Shown: one piece after another, positions 59,108-64,000 of the stretch
Layout: every line of letters starts with the position of its first letter
How positions within the stretch are numbered: the stretch's first letter is position 1
DNA from: Nitrospirales bacterium
GTDB taxonomy: Bacteria > Nitrospirota > Nitrospiria > Nitrospirales > UBA8639
Direction: 5' to 3'
NCBI GenBank assembly: GCA_963555755.3
Contig: OY820905.2
Location: 2,528,001-2,592,000 of the forward strand
Length of the DNA: 64,000 nt
Notes under the pieces: model-generated
The model's input: only the letters and a program-made list of their open reading frames with translations
The model's database searches: none
What the model was told of the DNA's origin: nothing
Program-made: the position numbers and the translations under genes

Positions 59108-61774
59108 TTATCCGATCGACCCTAGATCTAACTTGGCTTGCCATCGCCGTAATATGGTGGTTTTCAGCTCTCGATGTTCAGGCAATGATAAGTGGGGATC
59201 GTGTTGTACGAGTTTGGACGCTTCGTCGCGTGCTTGTTCGAGGAGATGACTATCTCGAACCAGATCAGCGATGCGAAATTCCGGCACGCCCCATTGGCGT
59301 GTCCCCAAAAACTCGCCCGGGCCACGAATGCGCAAATCCTGTTCGGCAATGGCGAACCCGTCGGAACAGTTAACCATGGCCTTCAACCGCTGTTGCGCGG
59401 TCTGTGTCACTGTGGGGGAATTCCGCGCGGCCCACGTCTCTTTGATGCCGAGCTGTAGCTCTGGAGCATAGTTCACCTTCTTTGTGGGAAGGATCTCTTC
59501 CCTCGTATTGGTTTCCTGCGACCTCACTCCTCGACCAGCAGAACTGATCAACAGGCAGAAGGATTGATGCGCGCCACGCCCCACGCGTCCGCGCAGTTGA
59601 TGTAACTGAGCCAACCCGAACCGGTCTGCATGTTCGATGGCCATCACCGTGGCGTTGGGAATATCCAACCCGACTTCGATAACAGTCGTCGCCACGAGCA
59701 CCTGCAGGAGTCCATCCTTAAAGGCCGTCATGACCTGGGCCTTTTCTCTGGATTTCATACGCCCGTGCAAGAGGCCAACCGTGTACGATGGAAACTCTTC
59801 TTGTTGAAGCCGATCGGCAGCTTGCATGGCGGCTTCCAGATCGATGTTTTCCGATTCCTCAACAAGCGGATAGACAATATACGCCTGACGACCAGCCTCG
59901 ATGTGTTTACGAATCAAGGCATATGCCCGCGATCGGGCACTGTGGCGAAACACTCTGGTGTGGATGGGCTTCCGTCCAGGCGGCATTTCATCAATGACCG
60001 ACACATCCAAATCCCCATACACGGTCATGGCCAAGGTCCGAGGTATTGGCGTCGCGGTCATGACTAACACGTCTGGATGAACCCCTTTCGTTCGGAGCGT
60101 GGCGCGTTGCAGCACACCAAACTTATGTTGTTCATCGACCACAATCAACCCGAGTTTGGCAAATTGCACGGCTTCCTCAAGCAGCGCATGTGTGCCGACG
60201 ATCAGTTGAACTTCTCCTTCTGTGATCTGTTGATACACTCGCGTCCGCTCTTTTTTTGAAAGGCCACCGGTGACCAATGCCATATTCAGCCCCAAGTTGG
60301 CCACGTATTGCTGCAGATTCAGATAGTGTTGTGCAGCGAGGATTTCGGTCGGAACCAATAGGGCGGCTTGGTATCCGGATCCACAGGCGAGCAACATGGC
60401 GTGAAGAGCCACTATAGTTTTTCCCGATCCCACATCGCCTTGGATTAAGCGATTCATAGGACATGGGCGTGTCATGTCTTGCTGAATCTCAGTGATGACT
60501 CGTTGTTGGGCCCCGGTTAGCGGAAAGGGCAGATGGGCGAGAAACCGGTCTATGAAAGGCATGGTTGGGTGAAAGGCAATGCCCGGTATTTCCTTTTGGT
60601 TGGTTCGTTGACGAATGGCAAGAGCCACTTGCAGGACAAAAAATTCCTCGAAAGCCAGTCGCCGATGCGCGGACGTTTGCCACCCATTCAGGTCATTGAG
60701 ATCTGTCTGTTGGTTTGGAAAGTGAATCAGACGAATGGCATCACTAATGGCTGGCCATTGCTCACGTTGTCGAATAGCCCGAGGTAGTATTTCCTGCAAC
60801 TGGCCCTGATATTCATCCAGAAGGCTCTTCATGATCCAACGCAGTTGCCGCGACGTCAGGCCTTTGGTCTCGTGATACACGGGTACGATTCGTCCCACAT
60901 GGAGTAGCATATCCTCGTCGGGACCAACGACTTCATACTGCGGGGTGCGCATTTGCCAATGCGCTCCTCTTCCTGAGGCAGCACTCACCGGCCCGCTGAA
61001 CACCACCTTCATCCCAACCTGAAACGTTTTCTCCAAATAGGGTTGATTGAAAAACACCGCTTCCATCCACCCGGTCTCATCACGCACGAAGACCGACACA
61101 ATGGTCATATTACGTCGATGGGTGCGACGCAGAGTCGTTCGATCAATAACTCCAGACACCGTGGCCTTCTCTCCGTAAACGAGAGCATGAATCGTTGAAA
61201 TACTCGATCGATCCTCGTAACGCCAAGGCAACACCCACAAGGCATCCTCAATCGTCCGAATCCCAAGCCTTTCGAGCAACAGTGCGCGCTTTGGCCCTAC
61301 CCCCTTGGCATATTGAATGGGCACCTCATGGGGGGGTCGATCAGATGCCGTGTTTGGGAGTTGTTTTTTCGCATCCCCCAGTGATCTGGATTTCTTTGAG
61401 GCGGGGGACTCCCCTGATGACACTGAATACTCCGGGGACTGTACCTGCTTGGTCGTTGTCCCAATCATGAATGAAATTCGATCCAAGATGGTTTGGGCAT
61501 GGTGCAATTGATTTAACTCATTTTCCTGCGAGGATTCTTCACTGCCCTGAAATAATGATCGAAGGGCCAGCAATTCGGCTTCAATTTTTCTGGGAAGGAC
61601 CCCCTCTCCCATGGCTCGAACGATTTGATCGGAAATAAAGCTATTGAGGTTTGTGATGGAAGCCTTTCGTACTCCGCCTAGTTGGCGCGCCCGTTCGATG
61701 GGTCGTCTCAACCTATTGATCAAGCCGCGGACATATTCCGAGGACTCGTGAGAGATAAACGATGGAATGGTCAT
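59108..61774 (-). CDS. recG: ATP-dependent DNA helicase RecG (with N-terminal extension)
   Basis: KGVGPKR, RLIQGDVGSGKT, DEQHKFG, MTATPIPRT, QLHQLRGRVGRG, DLRIRGPGE. Confidence 0.97.
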   Translation of the reverse strand: MTIPSFISHESSEYVRGLINRLRRPIERARQLGGVRKASITNLNSFISDQIVRAMGEGVLPRKIEAELLALRSLFQGSEESSQENELNQLHHAQTILDRISFMIGTTTKQVQSPEYSVSSGESPASKKSRSLGDAKKQLPNTASDRPPHEVPIQYAKGVGPKRALLLERLGIRTIEDALWVLPWRYEDRSSISTIHALVYGEKATVSGVIDRTTLRRTHRRNMTIVSVFVRDETGWMEAVFFNQPYLEKTFQVGMKVVFSGPVSAASGRGAHWQMRTPQYEVVGPDEDMLLHVGRIVPVYHETKGLTSRQLRWIMKSLLDEYQGQLQEILPRAIRQREQWPAISDAIRLIHFPNQQTDLNDLNGWQTSAHRRLAFEEFFVLQVALAIRQRTNQKEIPGIAFHPTMPFIDRFLAHLPFPLTGAQQRVITEIQQDMTRPCPMNRLIQGDVGSGKTIVALHAMLLACGSGYQAALLVPTEILAAQHYLNLQQYVANLGLNMALVTGGLSKKERTRVYQQITEGEVQLIVGTHALLEEAVQFAKLGLIVVDEQHKFGVLQRATLRTKGVHPDVLVMTATPIPRTLAMTVYGDLDVSVIDEMPPGRKPIHTRVFRHSARSRAYALIRKHIEAGRQAYIVYPLVEESENIDLEAAMQAADRLQQEEFPSYTVGLLHGRMKSREKAQVMTAFKDGLLQVLVATTVIEVGLDIPNATVMAIEHADRFGLAQLHQLRGRVGRGAHQSFCLLISSAGRGVRSQETNTREEILPTKKVNYAPELQLGIKETWAARNSPTVTQTAQQRLKAMVNCSDGFAIAEQDLRIRGPGEFLGTRQWGVPEFRIADLVRDSHLLEQARDEASKLVQHDPHLSLPEHRELKTTILRRWQAKLDLGSIG

Positions 61775-61916
61775 AATCAGCGGAAGGAGAGGGTGTAAAT
61801 TATTTTGGAGGACTTTGTCCCATATCTATAGCCTTGTCTTAAGAGCCTGCGAACTAACAGATTATTAAAAATCATGCTGTTCACTTGTGGTCCATTTGTT
61901 GAATCGTCCAGAGCAA

Positions 61917-62066
61917 GAGGGGAATGTTCAAAAAGGTGCGCTCAGCAAGGCCGCGGGCGCTTTGGCGCGCGGAGCGTATGTCAGTACGTGAGCACGACAA
62001 AGAGCCGAGAACGCCGCTGACGCCCCCCCCGCCTCCTCGGGGGCATGCTTTTTCAACATTCCCCCT
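61917..62066. repeat. REP family R2 variant
   Basis: AGGGGGAATGTTCAAAAAG..GCGGAGCGTA..GTACGTGAGCACG..CTTTTTCAACATTCCCCCT. Confidence 0.8.
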
Positions 62067-62137
62067 TGTCAAAAAGGCTGGGGGTATGGTAACAAGAGTG
62101 ACTGCCAGGTACAATCTAGTAAGGAAGGAGTGAGGTC

Positions 62138-62329
62138 ATGGCATTTTCATGTTCAATTTGTGGGAAAAAACGTATGACTGGGAATAATGTCAGTCATGCA
62201 AACAATAGAACCAAACGGGTCTTTCGCCCCAATCTTCAAAATGTCCGGGCGTTAGTCAATGGAGCGATCCAACGAATCAAGGTGTGCACTCGGTGTTTGC
62301 GGTCCGGCCTCGTCAAGAAAGCCGGTTGA
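62138..62329 (+). CDS. rpmB: 50S ribosomal protein L28
   Basis: [35 protein letters not shown]. Confidence 0.97.
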   Translation: MAFSCSICGKKRMTGNNVSHANNRTKRVFRPNLQNVRALVNGAIQRIKVCTRCLRSGLVKKAG

Positions 62330-62456
62330 GTTCTCGTTACCACGGACAACGAGAGCCAACGGTATCCCGGGTTTTTCCTGTCTGCCAAAATCTGCAGTCA
62401 CGGCCTGTTGAAAATTTCAATAATCTTATCCCTCTGACCCTTTTTCAACATTCCCA

Positions 62457-62957
62457 TTAGGCGGGACGAAATACCAATGCTGCTGAATTGATACAATACC
62501 GAAGTCCGGTGGGGGCTGGCCCATCATCGAATATATGGCCTTGATGTCCGCCACAGCGCATGCAGTGAACTTCGGTCCGCGGATAGATGAATGTCCAATC
62601 GGTCTTGGTCTCTATGGCACTTGGCGAAATCGGTTCCCAAAAACTCGGCCAGCCCGTCTTGCTGTCAAACTTTTTCTCTGACGAGAATAGCAGCAGGTCA
62701 CAGCCAGCGCAGTGATAGCCTCCCACGGCTTTGCTGTCATGGTAGTGATGCTTAAAGGGGGCCTCCGTGCCTTCTTGCCGAAGGACATAATATTGCTCAG
62801 GCGTCAGTATGGCCTTCCATTCTTCATCTGTTTTGACCACTTCAAATTTCATTTGATTTTCCTTAGCAAGTGCGTCTCCCAATCCTAATCCTCTCGCTAT
62901 GACCCCGATTCCCATTAGTGTTCCCACGGCCAGTAATGTGCGTCTTCCTACGTCCAT
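62457..62957 (-). CDS. msrB: Peptide-methionine (R)-S-oxide reductase with Tat-like signal (GRRTLL)
   Basis: GTEAPF, CAGC, KFDSKTGWPSF, RTEVHC..CGGHQGHIFDDGP.PTGLRYCINS. Confidence 0.95.
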   Translation of the reverse strand: MDVGRRTLLAVGTLMGIGVIARGLGLGDALAKENQMKFEVVKTDEEWKAILTPEQYYVLRQEGTEAPFKHHYHDSKAVGGYHCAGCDLLLFSSEKKFDSKTGWPSFWEPISPSAIETKTDWTFIYPRTEVHCMRCGGHQGHIFDDGPAPTGLRYCINSAALVFRPA

Positions 62958-63185
62958 ATCCACCTCCTTATTCCCATGAAGGAAGAATACCCTTCCTCCT
63001 GATATTGTATCAAATACCACAGTTACTATGAGAGAGTCTTAATATGGAAGAAAGCGTTACAGACGATATGAGGCTGAACGCGGTTCCCAGATGTTTGGCA
63101 ATCCAGGTTTGATTTGGAAGCATCTGGGCAAGATGCAGTTGCGAGGAGTTAAGGAGAGATCTTTAGGAACGGTTGTCGCAGGTTC

Positions 63186-64000
63186 CTAAACCTTGAAAGT
63201 GGTGACAATATTTTTGAGGTCTTCAGCCCGACCACGCAATTCATGGCCTCGTTTGGCGGACTCTTCCGCACCCGCACTGGTTTCTTCTCCAACTTGGCTC
63301 ACCGCCTCAAGATCTTTGGCGATCTGATGAGTGGTCGTGGATTGTTCTTCCGCAGCGGCGGCAATTTGTTGAATCATCCCGGCTGTTTGCATCACGAGAC
63401 TTTGGATTCGGGTTAACGCCTCACTGGTTTCATTGGCCAGCATGACCCCATTGCCGACTTTCTGCGTTCCGTCTTCCATCGACATCACGGCTATTTTCGT
63501 ATCAGCTTGAATTTGGCGAATCATTCCGGAAATTTCTTTTGTCGCTTTTGTGGTTCGTTCCGCCAGTTTTCTCACTTCATCGGCCACAACTGCAAAGCCT
63601 CGGCCTTGTTCACCGGCACGTGCAGCTTCAATCGCGGCATTGAGGGCCAACAAATTCGTTTGATCCGCAATGTCTTCAATGGTTCCAACGATTTCACCAA
63701 TTTGGTCAGAGGATTTTCCCAAAGCCGCGATCACCGTGGAGGATTGCCCCACGGCTTCGGCAACCATCTGCATGCTGACAACCGCTTCGTTCACGACTCG
63801 CTGCCCATTTTTGGCTGTATTCGAGGCCTCTTGGGCGATGTCGGAGGCTTCCTGGGAATTTCGTGCGACTTCCCCAGCCGTCATCATCATTTCTTCCACC
63901 GCTGAAGCCGACTGCGTGACCTTGATCTTTTGAGTGTCAACACCCTTCGCCATCTCATCTGCCGTCGCGGACATCTCTTGCAAATCAATGGCGACTCGAT
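63186..64000 (-). CDS. Methyl-accepting chemotaxis protein, C-terminal part (5' end outside the window)
   Basis: [40 protein letters not shown]. Confidence 0.96.
   Translation of the reverse strand, partial: RVAIDLQEMSATADEMAKGVDTQKIKVTQSASAVEEMMMTAGEVARNSQEASDIAQEASNTAKNGQRVVNEAVVSMQMVAEAVGQSSTVIAALGKSSDQIGEIVGTIEDIADQTNLLALNAAIEAARAGEQGRGFAVVADEVRKLAERTTKATKEISGMIRQIQADTKIAVMSMEDGTQKVGNGVMLANETSEALTRIQSLVMQTAGMIQQIAAAAEEQSTTTHQIAKDLEAVSQVGEETSAGAEESAKRGHELRGRAEDLKNIVTTFKV

Noticed and set aside
1..64000. CRISPR array or cas genes
   Set aside because: No regularly spaced 25-45 bp repeats with unique spacers were seen; the repeats are dispersed palindromes, MITEs or coding repeats.

Overview
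Bacterial chromosomal window, probably Nitrospirales-like (low-confidence inference from gene style and the palindromic repeat families). Housekeeping genes lie at both ends: a kinase-M23-aminotransferase fusion, parvulin and HU on the left; ppx, recG, rpmB, msrB and an MCP on the right. Between them is ~50 kb of accessory DNA. (1) A nested pile of IS remnants and elements (IS256, ISL3, IS5, IS6, IS4) plus MITEs. (2) Two copies of a group II twintron, in which an RT-encoding intron sits inside catalytic domain V of an ORF-less intron. (3) An ~11.6 kb segment bounded by duplicated tRNA-Lys 3' fragments. It carries an operon headed by an Hg-type MerR with its operator: merR, DUF169, thioredoxin-like (disrupted), SAM methyltransferase, HgcA-like corrinoid membrane protein (NVWCAAAE), small protein, Cys-rich YHS protein. 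There is no hgcB, merA or merB. This is the most interesting system in the window. (4) A LysM/CHASE2 sigma-54 activator upstream of an OmpA - VIT/vWA LPQTA target - sortase locus, with the sortase duplicated around a TA module. (5) A type I RM locus with a damaged hsdS and two embedded putative defence genes. (6) RAYT-derived MITEs bracketing cassette-like genes. (7) An ECF sigma/anti-sigma/VIT-vWA unit. Decayed elements appear to show a strong A:T>C:G substitution bias. All calls are by eye from motifs; no database searches were run.
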